Notes: generated by a model not told the origin, from the sequence alone. Positions 10,303 through 19,723 are shown, numbered from the stretch's first letter. The stretch: 64,000 nt of DNA from Andalucia godoyi And28 (GCA_009859145.1 VRVR01000012.1:186001-250000); one strand, 5' to 3'. Made by a program: numbers and translations.

Positions 10303-11051
10303 GTAGAAGAAGAGGAGGAGGAGGAAGGCATCTGTTCAGACTGCACAGGCAGTGCTGGACTGGGCGCTTCGTTCAGTTCTTCTCCGGCATAGTCGAAGCT
10401 AGTTGCCTCGTTTTCAACAAGGCTTGACACCTCCATCTCGGTCCCTTCAAAGCCGTTTCCCATTGATTTTTCCATCTCCTGCGCCTTTCTTTTTTGTTGT
10501 GCGGATGAACCCGTTTTTGCACTCGTTTCCTTCTTCCACAACGTGAGTCCCTTTGCGACAGCCTTCTTAGATGTATACCCAAGCGCGAGAACAAGAACGA
10601 TTACAATAAACCAACTTGGACTGATGACATTCAGAATCACTCCCAAAATCGATCCAAGCAGGGTCGGCGGCTCGAGAAGCATAGCAGCGTCATAGTCAAT
10701 GATCGTGCGCTTGTCCTTGAACTTGCGAGGGAAGTTGAAAATGAAATTCGCAATCGCCCCGCCAAATGCAGTGGCTTTGGAAAGTGGGATGGCCGCATGG
10801 ACTGGAAAGGACATTACGAAAATGTACACGGGTGTGTAGATTCCTCCGCCGCCGATCCCTGCCGCAGCTGCAAACCCGCCTCCAAAAAAAACCAGCAGAG
10901 TACCCAGCACATCCGTCCAATCAAACGGCCCAAAAAGCGGCTTATGATCTGTGTTGTTGGACGATGACGATTCCGCACTGTTCGCCAACGATGCGAAACA
11001 CAAAATCAGCACAACACAAGAAGCGATTCTTGAGCACTCCAGACTCGCCAT
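9591..11051 (-). CDS. TauE/SafE (TSUP) family sulfite-exporter-like membrane protein
   Basis: Two repeats of the TM unit (AAAAGIGGGGIYTP...AIPLS and GVGGGIVLNPLL...SATSA). The probable start is MASLEC at 11051; the ORF extension beyond it runs through poly-T spacer. Confidence 0.9.
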
Positions 11052-12032
11052 GCCTCCTCTTTTTTTTTTTTTTTTCGTCTTCTTCCTTTTTTCCAAACTA
11101 CGAATGCTGGACGTTCGAGCCGCGTTGCTTCTCTGTTTTGCGCTAAATTGTATAAAAATTAAAAAGAATAGAAAAAGAAAAAAGAACGCCAGCGGCATGG
11201 ACATGTGTGGATCACCACCAAAGACAGGCTTGAAATGCACAGCAGCAACGGGGAAGCACAGCGGAAATACCGCTGTCGGATGTCCAATGTCGTCGTCAGC
11301 TGTAAGAGCCCCAACACAAAGCAAGATGCTGTCGACAGGCGAAACACCGGGTCACAATGAAAAACAATACGATTTTCTTACCGTCTTCTTCCTGTTATTT
11401 TCTGTTTTTTTACATTGTAATCGAACCATCAAGGAGCACCTTTCATCAGAGACAAAGACAAAACACCGCATGGTTCCAAAGAGAGATCGTCCCAGCAAAC
11501 TCAAACCGGCCGTGCTCGACGATGCCGAGAACCAAGAAGCCCGCTGATCCCCTCTCGTCGGGAGCCGAGAGCAAGAAGAAGAAGATCATCGTCAGATCAC
11601 GGAGATGTGATCGATTGCGTTCGGAATGCGCTTTCAAGTCAGAGAGCAAGAAGGAGCAAAGGCAGCAATGTGTCCCACCGCCGAAGACATTCTGCTTCCT
11701 GCAATGTTCATTTTTTGAATGGTAAATCGATTGAGGGAATATGCTGGTTGCGATGACCCTTTTTGATGCAGAGTTGGTGCTCGCTCCAAATTGGATCTGT
11801 CTTTGGAAACAGTTTAGCCGATGATCAGTAATGATTCACGTTTTGGCGAACGGAAGGGAAAATCGTGAGTGTTTTTTACTGACATACATACATCAAGAGA
11901 AGATACAGTACAAAAAAACTGGGGAAGGATGATGTGTTGTGATAAAAAATAATGGCATTAAAAAAATAAAATAAAGATTATATAAGATACAAAGAAGAAG
12001 CGACAGAACACTGAATACGGTACCAGAGAATA

Positions 12033-14495
12033 TTAAATTGAAAGGCGGCCGAAAACCGAAGAAGCAGTGATTTCCGCTTCCGTGCTGCGCCCGCATTCCA
12101 AAATCCAGTCTACCGTTGTGTTCCATCGAGCAAAGGAAAGCTTGGTGGAAAACTCGAGTGCAAATCGGTCCTTTCCTCGCTGGAAATAGTATCCTTTCCA
12201 GAAGGTCAGCAAACCAAGAAACTGCTGCCTCGCGGTGGACGGCATGCAATTCCAAAGATCAGACACTTGCTGAAGACTTTTCAAAGGAAGGAAGAACAGA
12301 AGCGTAGTATTGATGCAGCAAATGTTCTCTTGGTTGATGATGTCGACATTCACACGAGTCATCAGGTCCGCTAAGAAATTCTCTCTGTTTCTGAGCAGAT
12401 ACGAAGAAAACGTTTCGTCGACGGCGCCTGTCGACGGAGGAACCGAAACCAATTCGGGCCTGACTTGAGCCGTTGGGCATTTTAGAGTAAATTCCTCATC
12501 GAGAAGAATACTCCGCAGAAAAACGTTGGAGTCCACAAGATTCTGCTTGGCAATCGTAAGAAGAATAGATGTGTTTCCAAACTTCTTCAAGCAGTACTTG
12601 CGAAGAGTTTCAATCAGCCCAGTGTTGAATTTCAAACATTCCCCAAGTAAGTCGAAGGTGGACTGCAACGAGCCAGCGTGTTTGAAACTTTCAGTGCAAA
12701 CATCGTGGACCAAGAAAGGCAGCAAGTTGCATCCAACAGAAATGTCATTCTGGAAGGTTGCGTTCAAATTGCGCATGTATGCTTCGAGGCAAGAGCAAGC
12801 CCAAAATCGGTAGTTGGAGTCGTCTGGCTGGCAGCGAAGAATGTCCACAACTGCGGATACGACCTTTTTGCAAGCGGGCGTCGATTTCACATCGATGTTT
12901 GTGGTGTCACGATCCAGCAGCGAATGAATAAGACGCAAGAGCTGCATTTTCAGAGAAATGTCCGTGGAGCACTCGCAATTTGGGCCGTGAAGAGGATGTG
13001 ACTGAGTAGGCGGTTCTCGACGAGGATCCCAATTCAAAGAGATCATCAAATCATGGATAAACTCGAACAACCCCAGTTCCGAGAGCAATCGAATAGCATC
13101 AGACTTTCTCTTCCCCCCTGTAAGCATGCAAAGAACAAACACAATCTCAACTTGGTGGCTAGTCAGGGAGAAAATGTTCACTCCAATCATAGGCTCTGTC
13201 CGACGAGGGAACGTCAATGCAGTTTCCCGGGCTGGATCATAAACATATTGCGGAAGAGCGTCAATCGCCGCCCACGCTGACTGGACTGATTGCACAGTCC
13301 CTTGCCCAATAGCGCTCTCGGCGAAAACTTCACGCACGTCCGTAATCGTCATTAGCTCCTGCGTCCTGCCTCGAGCAATGTAGAAGTGAGCAAACCGAGA
13401 ATCCAGAGAAGAAATCCCATGCAGACAGGAGAGCAGCCGTTTGAGTATCTCCGGACGCGCAAACAGCAACGCCTGGTTTCGCGATGCCGCCTGGCATCGT
13501 TTAACTCTGGTCCGACTCCCCGTCTCGATTATGCTTGATGCGCCCTGGACCGTGAAATGAGCAGATTCGATCTTATCACGTCCGTCATAAACGAGCAATG
13601 CAAGCACTCTGCAGGCATACGAAAAATGTCTCGGAGAAAGCGTCATCATGTGGTCCAAGAACTTGGGGCAATCGAGAATATCAACGGGGCAGCTTCGCGC
13701 TGCCAGTAGCTCCTCTGCGAGAACGGTAGCAGATTCAAAGTAATTATTGTGGGGCATGAGTTGCAAAACAGAACTGATCAATTCCGGGCTTGCCGACGGA
13801 TCCTCCTCGTCCAGAATATACCCCACCGCAAACGACAGCTCTCTTAAAATGCGCATCGCCTCATTCAACAACACTGCGATGTCCCCTTCTCGTGCGCCTT
13901 TGAACACAACCCCGAGTCTGTCTCTCTCCATGATGATCTTTGAAATCACATGAAATCCTCCGCACGCGTCAAAATTCCACGCATACTGAACAAGCGCAGA
14001 ACCCGCCTCGGGTGCAGAAGCACTGCTTTCTTCGTCATACGACATCAATTCCGAGGAAATTTCCTGCAGAGCAAACACAGTCTCTCTCAAATTTGCTCGT
14101 TGGAGAGCAACGCACAACGTCTTTAAATGTTCAGGAGCTCTTTTCATGTGCGTGGATACATGTTCCGACACCTTGTCATCAAACGACGAAAACACATTTG
14201 AGAATTGCACACCATGAGTCTTTGTGTTCCGTGCAATGGAAAGAATGTTTCCGCTGTTCTGCACATGATTGTAAACTGGAGTGAACCGCAGTTTTTGCGA
14301 GTTCCGATTCCCGCAAAAGGATGGATTGGAATACGCAGATCCCGAGAATTGCTGAAACCGAACCGTGCGAAACGAAAAGTTTGGTAAACACTCAATTCCT
14401 CCAGAATCTGCATTGCTGCTGCTGCTGCTGCTGCTATAGTTGCTGTTGGTGTCTGATGATCCAAACATCCCTGGTATAGACGGAAATAGAGGCAT
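12033..14495 (-). CDS. TRPC4AP: TRPC4AP/TRUSS-like protein (CRL4 substrate receptor family)
   Basis: The blocks HGPNCECSTDISLKMQLLRL, YRFWACSCLEAYMR, LQSTFDLLGECLKFN, LVDSN, QENICCINT and FWKGYY...KD...LEFS...F..W match the TRPC4AP C-terminal domain in order. Confidence 0.85.
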   Translation of the reverse strand: MPLFPSIPGMFGSSDTNSNYSSSSSSSNADSGGIECLPNFSFRTVRFQQFSGSAYSNPSFCGNRNSQKLRFTPVYNHVQNSGNILSIARNTKTHGVQFSNVFSSFDDKVSEHVSTHMKRAPEHLKTLCVALQRANLRETVFALQEISSELMSYDEESSASAPEAGSALVQYAWNFDACGGFHVISKIIMERDRLGVVFKGAREGDIAVLLNEAMRILRELSFAVGYILDEEDPSASPELISSVLQLMPHNNYFESATVLAEELLAARSCPVDILDCPKFLDHMMTLSPRHFSYACRVLALLVYDGRDKIESAHFTVQGASSIIETGSRTRVKRCQAASRNQALLFARPEILKRLLSCLHGISSLDSRFAHFYIARGRTQELMTITDVREVFAESAIGQGTVQSVQSAWAAIDALPQYVYDPARETALTFPRRTEPMIGVNIFSLTSHQVEIVFVLCMLTGGKRKSDAIRLLSELGLFEFIHDLMISLNWDPRREPPTQSHPLHGPNCECSTDISLKMQLLRLIHSLLDRDTTNIDVKSTPACKKVVSAVVDILRCQPDDSNYRFWACSCLEAYMRNLNATFQNDISVGCNLLPFLVHDVCTESFKHAGSLQSTFDLLGECLKFNTGLIETLRKYCLKKFGNTSILLTIAKQNLVDSNVFLRSILLDEEFTLKCPTAQVRPELVSVPPSTGAVDETFSSYLLRNRENFLADLMTRVNVDIINQENICCINTTLLFFLPLKSLQQVSDLWNCMPSTARQQFLGLLTFWKGYYFQRGKDRFALEFSTKLSFARWNTTVDWILECGRSTEAEITASSVFGRLSI

Positions 14496-14501
14496 ATTTC
14501 T

Positions 14502-14536
<35 letters not shown>

Positions 14537-15536
14537 CTTCCCCCCTTTTTTGGTTGTTGCTGTTGTTTTTGTTTTTGTTTTGTGGACTTTTTCCTATTCA
14601 GAACCAAGAAACACAGACACAGACACAGACAAGACACTAACACGCACCAGTGACAGCTTTGACAATCGCACTCCCACACACGCGCGAACAACTGGAATTG
14701 CGATGAACAATTTTGAAAGAAATGAAATTATGAGGAAAAAAAGAAGAAAGAAAGAAGGAAAGAATTCAAACACAAAAGAAGAAGAAGAAACCGAAGGGAA
14801 ATCAAAAGAGATCTGCGCAGAATAAAATGCAGTATATCTGGATGGGGTTCATCATTCATCTCTTTTCTATTGAAAAGGTATGTCGGGCAAAATGGAGGCG
14901 GAAAGTAAAAAATCTCAATCTCCTAGACATCTCCAATGGGGAAAAACCGACTTCATCAATCAACACAAAACTGATTGCAATCGGGACCAAAGAAAAAATC
15001 CTTTACAGTTGCGAATTGACGCCATTTGACATGCTGATACAAAAGTAGCAATTGAATTGACTGCATTTCTATATTTAAAATTTTTAACGAATGAGTGGGT
15101 TTCGCAGTGTGAACAAACATCCCCTGCATTCATTATGCACGTGACGCATTGTTCGATTGTGTTCTCTTTCCCCTTTGCCTTGCCACATGGAATCCCGATG
15201 TATGTCACAAAACTCATCCCTCACCGGAACGAATAAGAAAGAAAAGAAAAAAAAGAGAAAAAAAAGACCGTGTGCACAGGTTTTGAGCCCGGAAGGACGC
15301 AATCCCCATTCTACTTCCGAAATTCGCAGACGTCGGGAATGGTTTTGAAGGGCAAGCCGCCAACATTGATTATGCATCGTCGGCGATGGCCATGTATGAT
15401 CAGCGTGCAACGGAGGCGTAGTAGAGACTCGAGGGAAAAAGGGGAGCGGTACGATGGACAGAAGACGAAGCCACGGTTGGGAAACATAAAAGGCTGATAT
15501 TCTTCTGGCTTGTTTCTCTCTGTGGATTCTCCTTCT

Positions 15537-16649
15537 TCATGCGAATAGCAGAGAATGGATCTTGCGCAGGGCTACGAGAGCGCTATCTTGGATGGAAATG
15601 ACTTGATTGCTCCACTCACCTGTGTACTCCGGAAAGTCTGGATTGATTCGAATGAGCGTCGCTTGTGGTGCCTGGTCCTGCTCTTCTGCTTCGTTTTCTC
15701 CTACATTCTGCTGATTCTGAACATTGGCGACGTGCTTGGCAGCTCTGCTTCTCGCATTGATGTCACGAAGGACGGATTCGCATTCCTCACGAACGGACGG
15801 AACACGGACTCCGCATCCGATTTCAAGAATCACCAAGCGGAACTGTGGATTTTCACGGAGTACGTTTTCCATGGCGCATTCCCAAGTCTGATACCTGGCG
15901 TGCATATCTGACGTAATGATGCAGCGATCGTCCCCAAACATCATGACATGCGGTCGAATAGGCTGCACTTTGCATCGCGGGCACCTGCGACGGTCAAAGG
16001 ATCGCTGCGATGGCGCAGTGGAAGAAGATGGTCCACAGAGGGAAAAAGGCGGAGTGGGAGACATATAATCTGAAAAAAGAGACTGTTGGATTTGCTCGTC
16101 TTCAAGCTTCCACATTTGCTCGGAGCACGGCTCCGCACACTGCCACTCGCAGACAGACCCGTGGATCTCTGCCATATCCACGCCATACTGCGCAATTCTT
16201 CGAAAATGCCCATCGACATTCGAGGTGTAAATGTACGTACACGACGGAATTTCATCAGGTCTATACGTCTTGAACAGCGGCTGAGACGCAATCTTCTTGT
16301 CAATCTCGATCCCTGGCTTGCGACACTCCTTCCTTTTTTGCTCCAGCAGCTTTTTGACAATTGCATAACCTTCGTGAGACTCGGTATTCGAGTACTGCAA
16401 TGTACAAGATTCCCAAAAATCATAAAACAAAGCAGGATCTTCATGCACCCATATGGGCCGACACACTTCCGCATACGTCAGATTGTGTCTGTCATAGCCG
16501 GAACGCTGATATGTGGGCAATCCAGAGTCGGCAGAAAATCCAGCTCCAGCAGCGATCAACACAAAAGATGCCTTGCGGATTGCCGAAACTGCTTTTGCAT
16601 ACTCTTCTTCTTCTTCTTCTTCTTCTTCTTTTCTGCACTGTAATTCCAT
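15537..16649 (-). CDS. Sir2-family NAD-dependent deacylase (sirtuin)
   Basis: Motifs GAGFSADSGLP, YTSNVDGHF, EIHGS...C..C, C..C...RPHVMMFGD, LEIGCG and IRINP. The probable start is at 16649. Confidence 0.92.
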   Translation of the reverse strand: MELQCRKEEEEEEEEEYAKAVSAIRKASFVLIAAGAGFSADSGLPTYQRSGYDRHNLTYAEVCRPIWVHEDPALFYDFWESCTLQYSNTESHEGYAIVKKLLEQKRKECRKPGIEIDKKIASQPLFKTYRPDEIPSCTYIYTSNVDGHFRRIAQYGVDMAEIHGSVCEWQCAEPCSEQMWKLEDEQIQQSLFSDYMSPTPPFSLCGPSSSTAPSQRSFDRRRCPRCKVQPIRPHVMMFGDDRCIITSDMHARYQTWECAMENVLRENPQFRLVILEIGCGVRVPSVREECESVLRDINARSRAAKHVANVQNQQNVGENEAEEQDQAPQATLIRINPDFPEYTGEWSNQVISIQDSALVALRKIHSLLFA

Positions 16650-16974
16650 GACAGGCGGAACAAACAGCAGCAAGTAAAAACAAGAAAGCAGGAAGAAAGA
16701 ACGAGAAAGAAAGAAAGAAAGAAAGAAGAAGAAAAAACAAGACGCCGCTGCCACCTATTGCGATATGATGAGGCAATCTGAAGCGCACGTAAACAGAACC
16801 ACTGCCACGCGCCATGCACATGTGTCTGTTATCTTCACAGCTCCGTCCACACGATGCCCGATTCGTTTCGCTCTATTTTGACCATGACATCCCTATACAT
16901 ATGCCGCCGCGTTGCATTCTCGCACAGCGACGCTCATTTTCATTTCTTTATTTTTATTGTCCATGCAACGCACC

Positions 16975-17046
16975 ATGTACATCACGCCTGCAACGCTGCG
17001 CAAGAACCATGACATCTCCACCGCCACCTTCCGGCGCTGGATCTGA
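16975..17046 (+). pseudogene. Fragment of an IS607-type serine recombinase TnpA (N-terminal MerR-like HTH)
   Basis: MYITPATLRKNHDISTATFRRWI* fits the IS607 TnpA N-terminal pattern (Y.TP...K...IS..TLRRW). It stops after 23 codons. Confidence 0.6.
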
Positions 17047-17314
17047 TGCAAAACGGCGCGGCAGGTGTCGATTGTGACTTGTGACGGAGGAGTACGCGTC
17101 TAAAACGTGCGGCCGTTGCGGGGGAAATGCATCGCAAGTTGTGTGGAAACAAGGTGTGTTTTGCTGCCCATCGTGCAAATGCACGGTCGACCGCGATTGG
17201 AACGGCGCGCGCAACATCTACATCTATCTTAAGAGCGTCTCGCATGCCGAGGGGCGTGTTGGGGCCTACCCCCTTCCCAATCATGCTATGCATGTTGTTG
17301 GGTTGCAACATTGA
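17045..17314 (+). pseudogene. Fanzor/TnpB C-terminal fragment (zinc finger plus RuvC-III)
   Basis: DAKRRGRCRL*LVTEEYASKT-CGRC-...-CPSC-KCTV-DRDWNGARNI contains two CxxC pairs and the DRDxNGARNI motif. There is an in-frame TGA at 17075, and RuvC-I/II are absent. Confidence 0.88.
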
Positions 17315-17361
17315 TTATGGGTGGTCAGCGATGATTATCCGTGGATTAGTGTACAATATAG

Positions 17362-17538
17362 GCGTTTCCTCGACAGTACAAGCGTTTCGAACTTGGAATG
17401 TCCTCGAATCAGAACATCGGCGAGAATCCATTTGTGCTCAGATGTCCGACGCGGATGGGCTGGGACCAGAATGGCGCACACAATGCAGCATGTATCGAAA
17501 GATTGTTACTGTCTCTTGTGCCGTGCTCGGCCGTTTAA
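17362..17538 (+). pseudogene. Second, more decayed TnpB/Fanzor-like C-terminal remnant
   Basis: The open frame reads ...NIGENPFVLRCPTRMGWDQNGAHNAA. The C-x3-M spacing is kept, and MGWDQNGAHN is three transitions away from MDRDQNGARN. Confidence 0.5.
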
Positions 17539-17827
17539 TTAATTACGGAGCTGGATGCGCGAAAGCAACTGTAGACGGGAGCCCGGTGCGGGCAGGAGCA
17601 TTTACCGTACAGCAGTTCCCATCTTTTCGTCGATGGGCAATTCATTCCCGTTTATTTCTCTCCATATCCTGGAGGGTGCGCCTTAATTAATCGTCCTGTT
17701 TATTATTATTATTTTTTTGTTTCTTCTCCTTCTTGTCTTCGCATTGTGCCATATATATACAAATTGAATTGGACAAGGTTCTTCCAGGTTCCACCATTCA
17801 GCCATTCGCCTGTCGCCCTCTTGCTGC

Positions 17828-19723
17828 ATGCTGCCTGCACCTCCGCCATCGTCGAGGAGGGCAATGACACCTTCGTATCGAAGACGAGCTCCAGATGCGA
17901 CTCCAGGTAGTTGTGAAGGACCGGCAGACTATCCGAGCAAGTCTGCTGTTGGATCCGCATCGAATCGACAGCTGCACAAACTGAGTGGCTCTGGTGCGGA
18001 AAGAAGGAGCTCTGATGAGTCTGGCATTCTGAACTTGACATCTGCAAATGATGGACTGAGAGCACTGGGCAACTCTGTGCTGACAGTGATTGGGTATGAA
18101 GGAAGAAACAGACCGGCTACGTCGCACCACAGCACAAGGACGTCCATATCTCGGTTCGGCCCGAGCGGCGGCGGCTCTGAAGAGACGTCTTCGGATGGCT
18201 TCCGAGAACCACTGAAGACCGGGGACGTTTCGATCCCCAGGTTGGACATTCGCAGCTCGTCGTTCCCGAGGAATGACAGCGGCGTGCAACAACAAGGAAG
18301 CAAAACACTTCGAGGCTCGCACGTCATAGGAGCCGCCGCAGTCCCCAGAGAGCAAGCTCGAGTGGGAAATATGAGCGCCAGACATGCAAGGACCGGGGCT
18401 GCGAACGGAAAGCCCGTCATCGGGCCAGCAAGCTCAAGGACTGTGACAACGGCAAAAATCCACTCGAGCTACGCAACTCCCAACCTCCCTTCCGATGCTG
18501 CGTTTCCCGAACTGGAGCTATTCTCCTTTTCAGACTCGATCTACTACGATGAGTCTTTTGACCAAACAGATGATGACAATGCGGACCACCTGGTGCATGT
18601 TTCTCCGTATTCTGTCAAACCGTCACAAATGATTCCAGCGTCATTCCCAGCACTAGCCCCACAAGATCGTCCGACATCCGAGCAGGAAGAGGTGCTGGAA
18701 ACAAAGAAAAAGTCACTGTCCGCGGCGCCATCTCGGCGAATACAGTCTGCGGCATTGTCGTCTCGGAGACCAAAAGACCCGTTGTGGGAAGATGATCCGT
18801 TTCCCATTCCAGAGAATGTGAGGTCTCGTGCACTTGGCAGGCCATCGACGTCCCATGCAATTGGGCATCGACAGCCTGCGGTGCATTCGCGACGAAGCAG
18901 TTTGGATGCTTTTCATCTGCGCTTCTCGGCAACTGAAGAGGAAATCGTGGACGAGGATGAGCAGAGAGACCATGCAGCGCAAGAAATGTTCGACAGTATG
19001 ATGGGGCCTTCCATGTCGCCTTTGGAATCAGAGTCCGACGAAGACGAGGGTGTTGGCACCGAGGCACAAACAGGATGCCGCAGGGAGTTGATGGACGACG
19101 AGTCGTTTGATGAGGATCTTCATCAGAGAGACCGCAGCACAGAATATCAACAGGCTTTTGACCGTAGAGAAGGAATTTGTGGGGAAGATCATTTCACGCT
19201 TCTCAAATCTGCGGAAGAAGAGCTGGAGAAGGGGCGATATGACAAAGAGGAAAAGCGCAGGCAAACACAAGCGGATTTCCGAGACAGGATGCATGACGCA
19301 GAGAAAGCACGAAAGAATTCTCGAATTGGAAAGACAGAAGACGTGCACACAGCAATGCAGAGAATTCAAGATCAGCAATGCAAAGCCGCGCAGACCACAA
19401 TGCACGAACAGGAGGACATTGAAGAAAAGCTAGATGAAGAACAGTCGACTGCGGGTGATCTTCAGGTGGCGGCACCAACTCCTCCCGCAACAAAAAAGGC
19501 TTCCGCCGTGGTTCGAAACCGAGTGGCTCAGAAGCTTCCGGTCTGGAAACCGGCTGCCACCCCTGCAGTCAGCATGCAGTCGACGGGCGTCGCACCTTCT
19601 CCAAGAATCACAAAAACTCTCAAACTCCCGTCTGGGGGCGCGCACCTTCCCATTCCAAATTTATCAGCAAGAGCGAAGGCCTCCAAGCAAGATTCGACAA
19701 ATCCGCCAACGAGCTGGCGTTGA
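17828..19723 (+). CDS. Hypothetical low-complexity protein, 631 aa, with an acidic/coiled-coil C-terminal half
   Basis: A long ATG ORF flanked by AT-rich or microsatellite spacers. No family recognised. Confidence 0.75.
   Translation: MLPAPPPSSRRAMTPSYRRRAPDATPGSCEGPADYPSKSAVGSASNRQLHKLSGSGAERRSSDESGILNLTSANDGLRALGNSVLTVIGYEGRNRPATSHHSTRTSISRFGPSGGGSEETSSDGFREPLKTGDVSIPRLDIRSSSFPRNDSGVQQQGSKTLRGSHVIGAAAVPREQARVGNMSARHARTGAANGKPVIGPASSRTVTTAKIHSSYATPNLPSDAAFPELELFSFSDSIYYDESFDQTDDDNADHLVHVSPYSVKPSQMIPASFPALAPQDRPTSEQEEVLETKKKSLSAAPSRRIQSAALSSRRPKDPLWEDDPFPIPENVRSRALGRPSTSHAIGHRQPAVHSRRSSLDAFHLRFSATEEEIVDEDEQRDHAAQEMFDSMMGPSMSPLESESDEDEGVGTEAQTGCRRELMDDESFDEDLHQRDRSTEYQQAFDRREGICGEDHFTLLKSAEEELEKGRYDKEEKRRQTQADFRDRMHDAEKARKNSRIGKTEDVHTAMQRIQDQQCKAAQTTMHEQEDIEEKLDEEQSTAGDLQVAAPTPPATKKASAVVRNRVAQKLPVWKPAATPAVSMQSTGVAPSPRITKTLKLPSGGAHLPIPNLSARAKASKQDSTNPPTSWR

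Larger units (their letters stand above)
16812..17321 (+). mobile_element. Internally deleted IS607-like/Fanzor2 element (TnpA N-terminus fused to Fanzor/TnpB C-terminus); ends approximate
   Basis: The HTH peptide MYITPATLRKNHDISTATFRRW (16975..17040) is immediately followed by VTEEYASKTCGRCG...FCCPSCKCTVDRDWNGARNI (17081..17218), then a hairpin-rich 3' segment. Confidence 0.8.

Noticed and set aside
11052-11324. Long N-terminal ORF extensions (also 16650-16754, 22349-22429, 25411-25560, 61893-62126)
   Set aside because: They run through poly-T/poly-A or microsatellite spacers, giving F- or K-rich artefacts. Downstream ATGs fit better.
14892-15236. ORF with one in-frame TGA (15027) as a selenoprotein or readthrough gene
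   Set aside because: No recognisable protein family or redox motif, and no SECIS identified. All other genes use TGA as stop.
17544-17682. Structured segment as SRP RNA, U5, 5S rRNA or a hammerhead ribozyme
   Set aside because: Only partial motifs (UGUAG, AGCAG, AUUUAC) are present. The helix-8 GNRA geometry, the U5 loop and the CUGANGA core are missing. It is kept as an unassigned finding.
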